DNA from: Lama guanicoe | Lineage: Eukaryota | Assembly (NCBI GenBank): GCA_013239625.1 | Contig: MU053304.1 | Span: 310,001-374,000 of the forward strand | Direction: 5' to 3' | DNA length: 64,000 bases | Shown here: positions 39,821 to 51,192 of the stretch, piece after piece | Position numbering within the stretch: position 1 is the first letter of the stretch | Layout of the letters: every line of letters begins with the position of its first letter | Made by a program: the position numbers and the translations under genes | Notes under the pieces: generated by a model | What the model was told of the DNA's origin: nothing | The model's input: only the letters and a program-made list of their open reading frames with translations | Database searches by the model: none

Positions 39821-40111
39821 GCCCCGCGAACTCCGCCAGGGGAGGAGGTGGCCGAGCCCCAGGCTGCGGGCGGCGGTCAGAAGAAGGGCGACAAGACTCC
39901 CGGGGGCGGCGGCGCCAATCTCAAGGGCGACCGGTCGCGACTGCTCCGGGACGTGCGCGTGGACACCAGGTCTCGGGCGGCGTGGGCTCGCATTATGCAC
40001 GAGCACCCCAACGCGCGCAAGTACAAAGGAGGCAACAAGAAGGGTTTGTCCAAGGGCTGCTTTGGCCTCAAACTGGACCGGATCGGCTCCATGAGCGGCC
40101 TGGGATGTTAG
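39821..40111 (+). CDS. NPPC: NPPC coding exon 2 (aa 31-126; CNP-53 at 39950-40108, CNP-22 at 40043-40108)
   Basis: Acceptor ttcttttcctcggacag|GCC. Encodes furin site RSRLLR|D and [26 protein letters not shown] (canonical CNP-22, 17-residue disulfide ring). Total 126 aa. The exon continues to donor G|GTGAGT at 40131/40132. Confidence 0.99.
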   Translation, partial: APRTPPGEEVAEPQAAGGGQKKGDKTPGGGGANLKGDRSRLLRDVRVDTRSRAAWARIMHEHPNARKYKGGNKKGLSKGCFGLKLDRIGSMSGLGC

Positions 40112-42837
40112 TGCGGCGACCCCTGGCGGCGGTGAGTACCACCAACCCTGGCTGCCGGGCGCTCTTGCACACTCAGCTCCTTCCCCGCGAAGCCCCCTAG
40201 AACCAGCCTGCACCCCCTCCTGCAGGCCGGTTCCTCTCTGATCCCCTGGCCCTGGGACCGTTCCTCCTCCCAGCCGATTTTTGGACGACAGCCAGCCCAT
40301 CCAAGCACTAGACTATATGTGCTAGACATTTGCCGCCAAGCCCATTTATCCTCCCATTTTGCAGATGGAGAAAGTGAGGGATAAAATGGTCAGGGATCTT
40401 TGGGAAGGTCAGAAATGGCTCAGCATGGATGAACCCATCTGGCTTCCTCTGGAGAAACAGAGACAGCTTAGTGGTGTCCCGCCAACCCCAGGATCATAAG
40501 CCAACCAGCAGCACTGGCCCCAATTGGCCAGTTGGGGCAATTGAGGGATAATCCTGGGTTTGTGGAAACAGAGGAGGAAGGACATACACACACAAGTGGA
40601 GGGTAAGTTTATCTGCCAGCCACTGCATCCAGGTGCTGGGCAGTAAGTAGCCCAGTGGTCAGGATGGCTACCAGGGTCTGTTGTCTCAGATAGGACAGAC
40701 TTGGAACAATACCTGCCCCCTCGCAGTAGAGAAAATAGACATCCCTTGGCATCACCAAGGAGCACCGCTGACCCAGAGCATTCTCATTCTTGTCTTTTCT
40801 CTAAACCATAGCTGTGGGCAAACTGGTCTGTCCAGGGTCCTGACGCTGCTGCGGCCCATGGGACTTAAGGATCGAATCTCAGTGTTTGTGGCACTCTTTC
40901 AGGGCAAGGAAAAGGAAATTAAAATCAATCTATTTTTTTGCCCCAGCTTCAACTCATCATGTCCCAAAATGAGCTCCTCACCACCCTCCCCACCCCCACC
41001 ATGCCTGGGCTCCATGCCTGAGTTTCTGGCACGGCTTCCTCCCACTCCACCAGGCGGGACACCCCTGTGCTACCTTCAGCCCCTGCCGAGTGCTGCATCC
41101 TGGCAATGTACTGCTGCAAAGGTCCTTCCCCACCTCTCCTCGCTCCTCTCCCTTTCTACTGTCCATCAGTGTCCAAGGAGAAACAACGTCCCAGCCTCTG
41201 GAACTGGCATTCAAGTGCTTTAGAATCTGACCCCTCCTGGTTTCCAGCCTTGCCTGCATCCAGCTGCTGTCATTTCCTGTCCCACAACTTCTCTCCCAAT
41301 CCAGGCCAAGTGCTCTCTCACCCCAGAAGCCTTATCAATATCTCCCCCAGAGGACAAGAGTGCCCCTCTTTGAAGCTCTCCAGCACACTGCCTGGGCCTT
41401 TTCTACTACACAGAAAACCTTTTCACCCAAGCTAGCTGCTTGTGAACCTATTCACCTCCAGATCAACTCATAAGCAACTTAAGGGACAGATGCCAGCCTA
41501 AGATGATCTAGGACCCACAGTATGTCCAAAGGGGCTCTTCAAAATTTCAGTCAATGGCCGAGAAACTTCCCCACCCAGCTTTCGGGCTCTTCTCTCCCAT
41601 CTGCCCTGGTATTTAGCTGGCACCCTTCCTCTCTCTGCAGCCAGACTTGACTGGGCTGCGTGCTCCTCCCCACTTCTGCAGGGGCTTCATTTGTCTGAGC
41701 TCTTGACTTGCCATGATTCTGGCACTTAGGTCCCAGCCTTTAGTGGCTAGCATCCCGATGGGTGTGTTCTCTCTTCTGTCTCAACAATGAGGAGATGGAG
41801 ACACAGGTCTCAAATCTTCAATTTGTGATTTAAGCACCACGCTCAAACTTCAGAATCCAAACAAATGTTATTCCTCGAGTTAGCAGGAGATGAGATGAGG
41901 TCCTGGAAAGTGCCTGGCATGCACATCCCCATAGGCTCCTTGTTCTCAGATGTAGCTATCTGTGGGTACCAGGCATGGGTGGCGAGAGGTGCTGTGCAGG
42001 GGGAATCCAGTTTGCTAAGACTTCTTGACCTCTTTGACCAGGGAAGTTGTCAACCTCCTGGAAGTTCCCTTTTAGCTGAACACCCACCTCCAACACCCTT
42101 AACCTTCTCAACCCGCCTCCACCCTTACCCCCACCCCCATGAGAAGGCAGAGCATCCTTCCTGTTGCCTCCACCTCCTAATGGAGAGGCCCAGGGTATCT
42201 CACTGTCTAAGCTTAAAAGAGAAAGATAGCTTAGGTTTTTCACATTAATGAAAACTTTCCCGAAGCTGTAGCTATTTCTCTACTCAGGAGTTGACTTTGG
42301 TTCTAACCAGCTACCATAATGACTGTCGCTGATGGTTATAGCCCTGATTATAAAGTGCTAATGACAGAGAAAAGGTGTGGCTGAAGCCTGAATGAATACC
42401 TTGCCTGTGGGGCCCAGGGACATCATAGATATCTGTCATCTGTTTACACACATGGGATGGCCAGAGAAGGGAGTTGGGAGAGAGTTCATCAAGGCCTGGA
42501 ATCCTGGGGTCCCTCTGCCTGCAGTGTCCTCTGTTGGGGGCACTGCACCATCTCAGGAGGATGCCTTCCTCTGGCCCTTGAGCACCCACACACTCATTAG
42601 CAGAGATTGGCTGCAGCCCTCATCAAATCACTCTGCTAACCTTCCAGTGCAAACCCAGCAGGACCACTCCTGGGACCATTTCCCCAGGGCCCATGTGAAA
42701 CACCACTTCCTCTGCTTCTGAAGGGGGTCCCATCCCGAGGCAAAGCCGGCTGGGGAAGGAAGTGCTATTTACCTAGTGGCAGATGTGACCCAGACACTCT
42801 GCCAATGCCTAGTGTGTGGAATCTCAGAGCCAGCCCT

Positions 42838-42945
42838 GGGAGGTGGCTATTATCCCATTTTATGGATGAGGAAAGCGATACTCAAAGCTATCCAGGTCCA
42901 TCCAGGAAGTAAACGTCAGAGTTGGGATTTGAGCCCAGAATTCCC
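42838..42945 (-). mobile_element. MIR fragment in NPPC intron 2
   Basis: tattatcccattttatggatgaggaaa...tgggatttgagcccag. Confidence 0.65.
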
Positions 42946-43402
42946 GACTCTTCAGCTGTTTCTCTTCCCCTTCCCTCCGCCGTCCCCCAGACACCTAAAG
43001 CAGAGGCAGGCACCTGACTGAGGGTTCTTATGGTAGCAAGGAAGGGAAGGAGGGCCATTCTCCATCGCCTTTCCCTCACTGTGTCTCACCGAGTGCCAAG
43101 GGCAAGGCCTGCACTTAGACTGAGGGGGAGGAGGGTTGGCTGGCTTTCTGGTTCCACCTGTGCAGGGGCAGGAAGTGCCAAAGACACAGCAGGTGAAGGT
43201 TGAGGGCCTGGAAAGGACCTGAGGGAAAGGGCCCTTTTCCCTCTACAGGAAGGCGTTCATCGGGGCCTGCAGGGCAAACGTGGAGGGACTTTGCCTCATG
43301 CTACAGCAGGAAAGGGAGGAAGGTTCTAGAACTTCCCTGCAGGCTGGGCTTTCTCAGCTCAGGGGCCAGAACTGAGCGTCCCGTGGCCCCTCTGTGTTTC
43401 AG

Positions 43403-43890
43403 GATTGGGAACTTGCTCCGCTTTGCTGAGGTCATCCTTGGTCATCAGCCTCCCAGCATCTGGACGCACCTCCAGCGCAATGTGGCTTTTACATTTCTCT
43501 CTTTTTTTTTTTCCTGGTACTGGGAATACACAACACCAGCTGTTTTATTATTATTTAGGGAGGGGGGTTATGATTTTATTGTTTGGGGTTTTTTTAATGA
43601 AAAATAAAAAGTTATATATTATATATATTATATACATGAAACACACACACCTACACTGATGTGATGACAAGGGACAGTTTTTAAGAGACTGACAAAACCA
43701 GCTGTAAAACATTGCTGTTTGTAAATTCATGTCATGCATTAATGTATTTATGTTGTAAAGCTATTTATATTGTTTATAAAGAGATATTTATAAAAATTTT
43801 ATTTATGTAACTAAATGAAAGAAGTCAATCATTGTAATGTTTTTGTCTTAACTAGTTGAAAAATATAAAAAAAATCATTCCATGAACATC
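43403..43890 (+). other. NPPC: NPPC non-coding exon 3 (3'UTR); 3' end approximate
   Basis: Acceptor ctctgtgtttcag|GATTGGG at 43402/43403. AU-rich UTR with AATAAA at 43603-43608, an ATTTA cluster, six TGTA motifs and a U-rich tract after ~43900. Confidence 0.8.
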
Positions 43891-43989
43891 TTGAAAACTG
43901 TCTTTATTTACTTATCGCATTTATTTTTTAGGAATTAGTCTGAAGAGGAGGGAAAATGTGAAGACAAGGCTTTTGTCTCTGAATAGATC

Positions 43990-44185
43990 TAGCAGCCGGG
44001 TTCCCAATTCTGGATTTATTTGTATCAGAATCCCCCAGGGATCTTGTTGAAACTACAGATTCCTGCTCCAATCCATCCCCTGATCTACTGAATCTGAGTC
44101 TCCTGGGAGAGGATTGGCCATATGGCTTTTGACCCAAGTGATTCTGACCAGCTCGGCCAGGTCAGGAAGCTCTGCTCAGAACACC
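43990..44185. mobile_element. MER5-type hAT-Charlie DNA transposon remnant
   Basis: tatcagaatcccccagggatcttgttgaaactacagattcctg...ctactgaatctgagtctcctggg...aagtgattctga. Confidence 0.6.
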
Positions 44186-46649
44186 TGACAGCTGGGGATC
44201 AGGTGTTGTGAATTAAATTAAAATTAAATTTTGCTGACTGAAGGCCCTCTAATTCTACCTCATCTTCTCTCTGTAAGTAGACGAAAGAAATAATTGAAAA
44301 CTTCCTTTCTGCTTTGGGGAGATTCGGAAGGTTTCTGTACATCCTGCACAGTCGGTCAGGTTGCCTTACGAGCCTTGACTCACAGGAGCGTGGGGTGGGT
44401 AGCTTTTCCCCACAGCGAGTGCCAGGGTCAACGGGGGCCTGAGGCCGAGGACCTCAGAGAGAAAGAGAACAGATGATCGGGTTTCCTATTTGCACAGCGT
44501 GATATGCTTTTTGAGGGGACCGTGGGTTTTCTTTTCACCTAAAGCTAACAATTATGGTTCCTATGCCCCATAGACCCTTGCATGAGAAATTATGAATAAT
44601 TAGACTCTATTCTTGAAACCAACAGGAAACTCAGTTCCAAAATAATCTTGTGACATCCTTGGTACACTGATGCTCTGGTGCAGCTTCTGTCTCTGTCCCC
44701 GGTTTGGTGAAAGCAAGGACAAAGGAGCCTTTGGGGCTGGTTCTACCAGGTGGGCATGACCCCACTCGGGGGATTGGAAGCAGTATGGCCCTGAAGTCAT
44801 GGGGTAGCGGGCCTGCCTGAGTGGATCCAGAGGAAAATTGGCTCTGGGGAGAGGTGGCCGGGGGTACCTGGCCTTTCTGCTGGCATCTAGGAGCCCTGAC
44901 CTCTCTTCCCTCAGCAGCAGGTTCTCAGGTGGGTGGGCAGCCAACACAGTGACTCACCCAGGTGAGGAGACAGCTTTGAAGACACATTCCAGCTAGGGAA
45001 GGTTAGGGCCCTTCCCACCCCCTCAGCTTCCTCCACTGCCCCAGTGGGTGGCTCAGGGCCCTTCTTTGGGCCTGTCTCCCTGGGATGCAGCTGTCCCTGT
45101 CCCACCCTCGCTCAGAACTCTGGTGCCCAGTCAATGAGGGTGAGGGGCTCCAGCACCCAGGTCTCTCCAGTGCCCCCAGGCACCGTGCTGTCTTCAGACC
45201 CCTTCTGTTGCAGAATAGGGGAGCAGGAAGCCAGGCAGGCTTCACTGGTGTTCAGGCAGGCAGATCTTCCAAAGCCCAGAGTCACGGGGGTGGAGAACTC
45301 AGGGGTTCAGAGGACCACCGCCAGAAGCTAAAGATTTTTCCTGTGGACAGCCCAGACAGGCTGCCAGGCAGCCAGGGCTACAGGGACCCTCGGGCCCCAG
45401 CTACACATTATTTTATCCCAAGTAGCTCTCATCTCACAAACTAACCTCAAACAACATGTATGACTCTCTGTTGCCCATTCAGCCCTGGGCAGGTGGAGGC
45501 CAGCCCCTCAGCCTGTTGGCTTGGGATGTTGCCAGACAGTCTGTCCTCTTTTGACATCCAGACTTGACGTCCTCTGACTGCTTCCTCAGCAGCAATGGGG
45601 ACATGTCATCCCAGCCAGGAGTCTCTGCTAGAAAGCCAGGAAGGATCAGCAGAGAGTCTATCAGTAACAGGAAAAGTTTTGAAGCCTCCAGAAATTATCT
45701 GGGTGGGATTGCCCTTGGCTTCCAGCTCTCTGGGCTATGTCTCTTCTCTCTCCATGAGCATTTCACTTCCAGAGCGGCCTGGAACCTGTGGCTTCTCTCC
45801 TACCCGGGTGACTCCAAGAGCCAGGCCAGCTCCAGGGACGGGGCTCACTGGAGTCCCAGTCCTCCAGGACAGGGCCAGGACCCCTGCCGTGTTGGAGGGT
45901 TCACTGTGAAAGGCCAACGGGGTTGGGCAGAGGCAAAGAGAGTTTCAGGTGCTGGAAAGCCTTAGGCCTTGCAGTGTCCCAGAGGAAGCCACTCCCTTCC
46001 CTGAAGTGCTCGATTACTGGGGAGTCAGGGTGGAGAATGGGGGAGCCTGCCTGGTTGAGGCTCCCTGGTGCTGCAGCTGGTGGCATGTAGGAGCCCAGCC
46101 CGGCAGGACTGGGCCCAGGAACTTCACCTTGGACTCCTGAACACACCTGTCTCTCAAGCCCATGACAGGGCGTTACCAGAGAGGAACCACCCTGCCCCTA
46201 CCACGGAGGTGATGAGGCTTGGGGAGGCAGAGCCTCAGGTCCTCAGCCAGGTAGGTTCCTGGAGCCTGACTTCCCTCCATTGCCTGAGACATGGAAGGGC
46301 CTCCCTGACAGCCAGGATGCCAAAGGAGTGGTTCAAAATGGGGCTGCACACAACAGGGGGGCTCAATATCTGGACAGAACAGAGCTCCGCTCTTCCTTGG
46401 GAAGAGCCCTCAGCCCAGGCAGGTGGTAGGAGGCAGACTGAGGAGCCTCCCCTCCCCGTTAGAGATGATGTAAGTGGGAAGGGAGCAAAGGTCAGGGTCC
46501 CATCAGAAATGGGATTTCACTCAGGTGGTTCACCTGAAGAGGCTTAACTGAAGGGACTATCTACAGAGGTGTGGGCGCATGTGACTGAGGAGCCGGTGGG
46601 AAGCCGGATTTTCCCCTGGGGTGAAGGGAGACATTCATTAATCCATATA

Positions 46650-47015
46650 TATATATATTTTATAATTGACATAATTTATATATTATGTTAGCTCCAGGTG
46701 TAAAGCATAATGATTTGATATTTTCACACATTGCACAGTGATCACCACAACACATCTAGCTGCCATCTGTCACCATACAAAATTATTACAATGTCATTGA
46801 CCATATTCCCAATACTGTACATCTTATCCCCATGACTCATTTATTTTGTGTCTGGAAGTTTGTATCTCTAAATCTCCCTCATCTATTTCACTCTTCCCCG
46901 ACCCCAACCCTCCCCTCTGGCAATCACATTTGTTCTCTGTATCTGAGTCTGTTTATTTTCTTATGTTTGTTTGTTTTATTTTCAGATTCCATATATAAAT
47001 GAAATCATATAGTAT
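46650..47015 (-). mobile_element. L1 3' end
   Basis: ccaggtgtaaagcataatgatttgatat...ttcagattccatatataaatgaaatcatatagtat is a reverse L1 3'UTR. Confidence 0.8.
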
Positions 47016-47074
47016 GTATTTAATAATTATATAGTTGTTATTTATTCAGTAGACAAGGGAGCAGTACTAATACA

Positions 47075-47430
47075 TGTATTAGATAGGAAATGTGAGGTTA
47101 TGCTGTGGTAACAAACAGCCCCCAAATTGCGGTGGCTTGAAATATTTATTTCCTGCTTGCATGAAGTCTGATGTGGATCTGGGCAGCCTTCCAGGGCAGC
47201 TCCTTACCATACATACAATGGCTCAATGTTGCACCTCCAAATCAAGGAATTTTTCCTCAGTTGATGAGACATGGAAGAGAGCATGCTGGAGGTCAATCAA
47301 ACCAAGACTTCCACCCAGACAGGAGGCCTGAGACTTATAGTCACATTTAATTGGCTAAAACAAGTCACATGACCATGCCTTACTTGGAGGGGCTGAGGAA
47401 GCACAGTACTCCCTTGTGCCCAGAAATGGA
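47075..47430 (-). mobile_element. MLT1-type MaLR LTR remnant
   Basis: gttatgctgtggtaacaaac...cacatttaattggctaaaacaagtcacatgaccatgcct. Confidence 0.55.
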
Positions 47431-48300
47431 GGAGTCCTGCACTTTAGCAGGTGTGCCTGCACTGCATGCAGCTACCACTTAAAGAGTTCCTTCACCGTGT
47501 AAAGCACTTTCTAGTAAATTCTACTTTGTCTGATGTGAACATTATCAGCTCAGCTTTATTTTTATTTGTGCTTGATATCTTTGTCCAAGCTTTGATTCTT
47601 TCCCTTTCTGGCATTTTTTTAAAAATTCAAGTGTGTTTATAATGTATTAGATTAAAATATGTGTAATTTGAGACCATCTGCTTTGTAATAAGGAAACCAG
47701 ATTGTTCACATTTATGGTCATCTTTGCTTATGCTTGGCCCAACTTCATCTGAATTTTGACTTTGTGTTTTTAAGGTTCATTAATTTTTTTTATTCCTTTT
47801 AATTTAATTTTTTCTTCTGTAGACTATGTTACTTGCTTTTATCCTCTGCAATGATTTGGAAAGTAGACATCCTGCTTTTAATTCTGTTAGTGGTTCCATT
47901 TAGTTTTTCATGAAAATTATGAAATCCACATTTATATTATTATCAAAATCAAAATCACAAACAATAACTTCAGGCTCCTTCAAAAGAAAGACAAAGAATT
48001 TAGCCCATTTGCTTCTTCCCCGGCCTCTTCTGCCCGTTCTAGGTCTCCATTAATATAACCTAAGGACACGCTCCTTAACTGGACTTATTACAGTCACCAA
48101 AACATCCTCTCTTCAAAACACTTTCAGCTTTCATTTTTTTGCCCCATGTCCCTCAGTCATTGGACTTTCCACCCTAACCCCCTTCTCCAGACAGGGCCCC
48201 ACTGCACACATCTTTGGGATCATTTCTCTGCAGACTGCCTGTCCTTCTCCATGGCAGCCCGGGCCCCTCCCACGAGTCTGAGGTTTGAATTTCAGCTCCA

Positions 48301-48422
48301 GTGTATGGTGTGTGTGTGCGTGTGTGTGTGCGGTGTGTATGTTGTATGTGCTTATGGTGTGTGTGCATGTGTGTGTGTATGGGATTTGTGTGTGTGGTGT
48401 ATGTATGGAGGGCTGTAGTGTG

Positions 48423-48456
<34 letters not shown>

Positions 48457-48488
48457 TGTGGGTGTATATGGGATGTGTGTGTGTGTAG
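48301..48488. repeat. Long imperfect (TG)n microsatellite
   Basis: About 190 bp of TG-rich repeat with a pure core at ~48425-48454. Confidence 0.95.
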
Positions 48489-48862
48489 AGGTGGTATGGG
48501 GGTGGCACACTACACTGGGAGGCAGGGTCTGCTTCCTTCGGGAGTTCGCCAGCCCTTTCATTTCACGAGCAGGAGCGCAGGCACGGGCTCTGCGTTGTAT
48601 TCCCAAGAGCGACACGCAGCTGCCGCGCATCCTCTTCTGGCCGGGGAACCGCGGATCCGGAGCTGGAGAATGGACAGACCTGTCATCTCTGGGGCTGGCC
48701 TGCTCTCCGAGGCATCTCTCAGAGGTCTTCACTCCCTTTGTCTCATCTACTGGGGCCTTAAGGCATCGGATATGAGCAGGACAGAAACAAGGTTCCTTTC
48801 CAGGTGTCCTGTTTGTGTGGTCCAAGAGGGCCAGAGAGGGCCGCCACACGGACTCGGACAGA

Positions 48863-48876
48863 CACCAGGGGGCGCC
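48863..48876 (+). promoter_or_regulatory. CTCF motif within a CpG-rich patch
   Basis: CACCAGGGGGCGCC, near consensus. Confidence 0.65.
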
Positions 48877-50959
48877 ATAGCTTTGAGAGGCTCAAGGGCT
48901 CCCCTGGAATAAAGGCAGATAAGACTGAGGGTGTTGGCGAAAAAGGCAGGGGGCCACGAGGAGCGCGAGTGCATGCGGGCAGCTGAACCCCAGGCTTGGG
49001 TGAGTAGGCTGAGATGGGGACCCCGAGTGGGCTTTGGGCCCTGGGAAGCCCTATGCGTCTCCCTCTCCTGGCTTAGGGCTTGGGTCATTTGGTCGGTGGA
49101 CACTGAAGGCTCAGTGCTGGTGCGAATTTCGGGTGTGAGCAAAGAGAGGTGAGGCTGGCGAGCTGCAGCAGCCGCCTCCAGGGCTCGGGCAGCTCGGAGA
49201 CGCGTTGGGAGCCTCTGGACTGCAGTCTGCAGGAGGGCTGTGGGATCTGCTTTGATCTAGCTCCTTTCCGTGGGAGAAGCACCCAATCGGTAAAAACTTG
49301 GATATAATTACGTATTTGAACATTAAATACAAGTACTTCTGTGTTAATACAATTATGATACTATATACACACGTACTTTCTTCCCAGCCCCCCACCCCCA
49401 GATTCACCCACATCCCTGTTATGGAGAGCACTGGCCCAAAGAGCCCTCAGCATCTCTCTCTGGTCAGGAAGAGGGTGTCAGCCTCCTGCATCATCTGTGA
49501 CCCTTGAGAATGGAGGAAGCTGGGCCCAAACTCAAAGCAAAGTTTTAGATCATTTTCTGAGGCTAGAACTGGGGTGACTTCTGGCAGGACGTTTGCCAAA
49601 TGGTGACGACTATTATCTCTAGATGAGAGATTCCAGGTGGCTCTGACTTTTTATTTCTTGTACTTTTTGGTTGCCCTTGCCTTGTTTGCAATGAAGGGGT
49701 ATGCATATACGTATGAATGCATGTGTATACATGTATATAAATTTCATAGGGGCGGGGGTTTGTCTTGTTTACCCTGGAAGTCTAGCATCTAGACTCTAGA
49801 ACACAGTAAGTGCTCAATAAATATTTGTCAGATGAATACATCATCCTGTTTACAACTGAATTCTAGATAACCACTCGGTTACAAGCAAGTTTAAAAAATA
49901 CATAAGTTAATGGGTGTGACTTTTAGCTAGTTCTGGAAATCTAGCCTGCCCTTTTACGTGTACATCCCATTAAAAACCCTGCAAAGCCCTGTGAACAAGA
50001 AGAGTGCCTGGGTATGTCAGGGAGATGTCTGGGAACTTTGCAAACTACTCAGAGAAACTGCTGAGATCTAAACTGTTTTCAGAAAAGGGAACTCCGGGCC
50101 ACAAAGGAGAAAATTGGATGTTCCTGGGAGGCGGCAGAAAGCTGGATCCACCAAGTCACTGCTGGACCCCTGTCCTTCTATGGGAAGTTCTTAAGAAAGC
50201 CCACAGAGCACCCCAAAGAGAGCCCTCCCTGCCTGCAGCCCACTGTTCTGAAGGCAAGTTCAGGTGCTAAAATAGCAGCCAAACACTGCTTTTGAAGGGG
50301 GGTGGAAAGAGAGGCAAATAACCGGGTAAATTGTAAGTTTCATTTAAAAAAAAATCAATAGAGGTAGTGGTTACCTTTGTCAAAATTTATTGAATTTTAC
50401 TCATCGAACACTTCCAGTGGGCGCGCTTATTATATGTAAATCATACCTCAGTACATTTGATTGGAAAATAACAACAACAAAAAGAGGTAACCAGAGGGAG
50501 GGGAGGGAGGAGAGACACTGATGACAGCCAGACTCTCAGCCCAGGGACCCTGCCCTAGGTGGTAGGAAGTCAGGACAGCAGCAGAAGAAAAAGGGCCGAA
50601 GAAGCCACAGTGGCGCTGTCTCCTGATTTTTATTGAATACAAACGTTTATTATGAGATAATCCTTGTTGCTGACCCCAATGCTTTTGCATTTATGTTCCA
50701 AAAAATAAGTGCTGTCAAGTATATTCTACCACTGCCAAAAAACACTGGGTCCCCAGTTAGGCAAGGACTAGAACGACAGTACAGTTTGGTCCAAACATTT
50801 AAGGTTTAGCCATTTAATTTAGCCAATAATTTCAAACATATCGTCAGTCATTCTTTATCACAAAAACAACAATAAAGGTCTAACGAGGTCTCAAATCTCT
50901 ACTGCAGGTCCTTAGAGAATGGAAAAGCTGGCAACGGCAGGGGAAAACCACAGCCTGCT

Positions 50960-50974
50960 GGTGCCCTCTAGTGG
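50960..50974 (-). promoter_or_regulatory. CTCF motif (reverse orientation)
   Basis: The reverse complement CCACTAGAGGGCACC matches consensus CCASYAGRKGGCRS exactly. Confidence 0.7.
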
Positions 50975-51009
50975 TAAGGTGGCAGGACTGCATGGGATTA
51001 CAAAGGCGT

Positions 51010-51192
51010 AAACCAATGGTTCCCCAGCTGGAGCTCATCAGATCTGTTCAAGCACACCTGGCTGCCCCTCTACCCCACCCCCAGCTTCCAACTTGGAAGG
51101 GACAATGGGGGATGAGAATGAGCATTTCTAACAAGTTCCCAGGTGATGCTGCCACTACTGCTGTTCCTGAGGCCATACTGAGAATTACTGGT
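51010..51192. mobile_element. MER5A-type DNA transposon
   Basis: gagaatgagcatttctaacaagttcccaggtgatgctg...ccatactgagaattactgg. Confidence 0.7.

Larger units (their letters stand above)
37940..40300. promoter_or_regulatory. NPPC CpG island
   Basis: High CpG density from about 1.2 kb upstream of the TATA box through exon 2. Boundaries approximate. Confidence 0.85.

Noticed and set aside
39080..40111. 343-aa ORF ending in CNP
   Set aside because: It starts upstream of the TATA box, crosses exon 1 out of frame and runs through the 439-bp GC-rich intron 1. The spliced 126-aa product with canonical GT-AG sites explains the locus.
48131..48912. Cys/Val- and His/Thr-rich ORFs up to 203 aa
   Set aside because: Translations of the (TG)n microsatellite.
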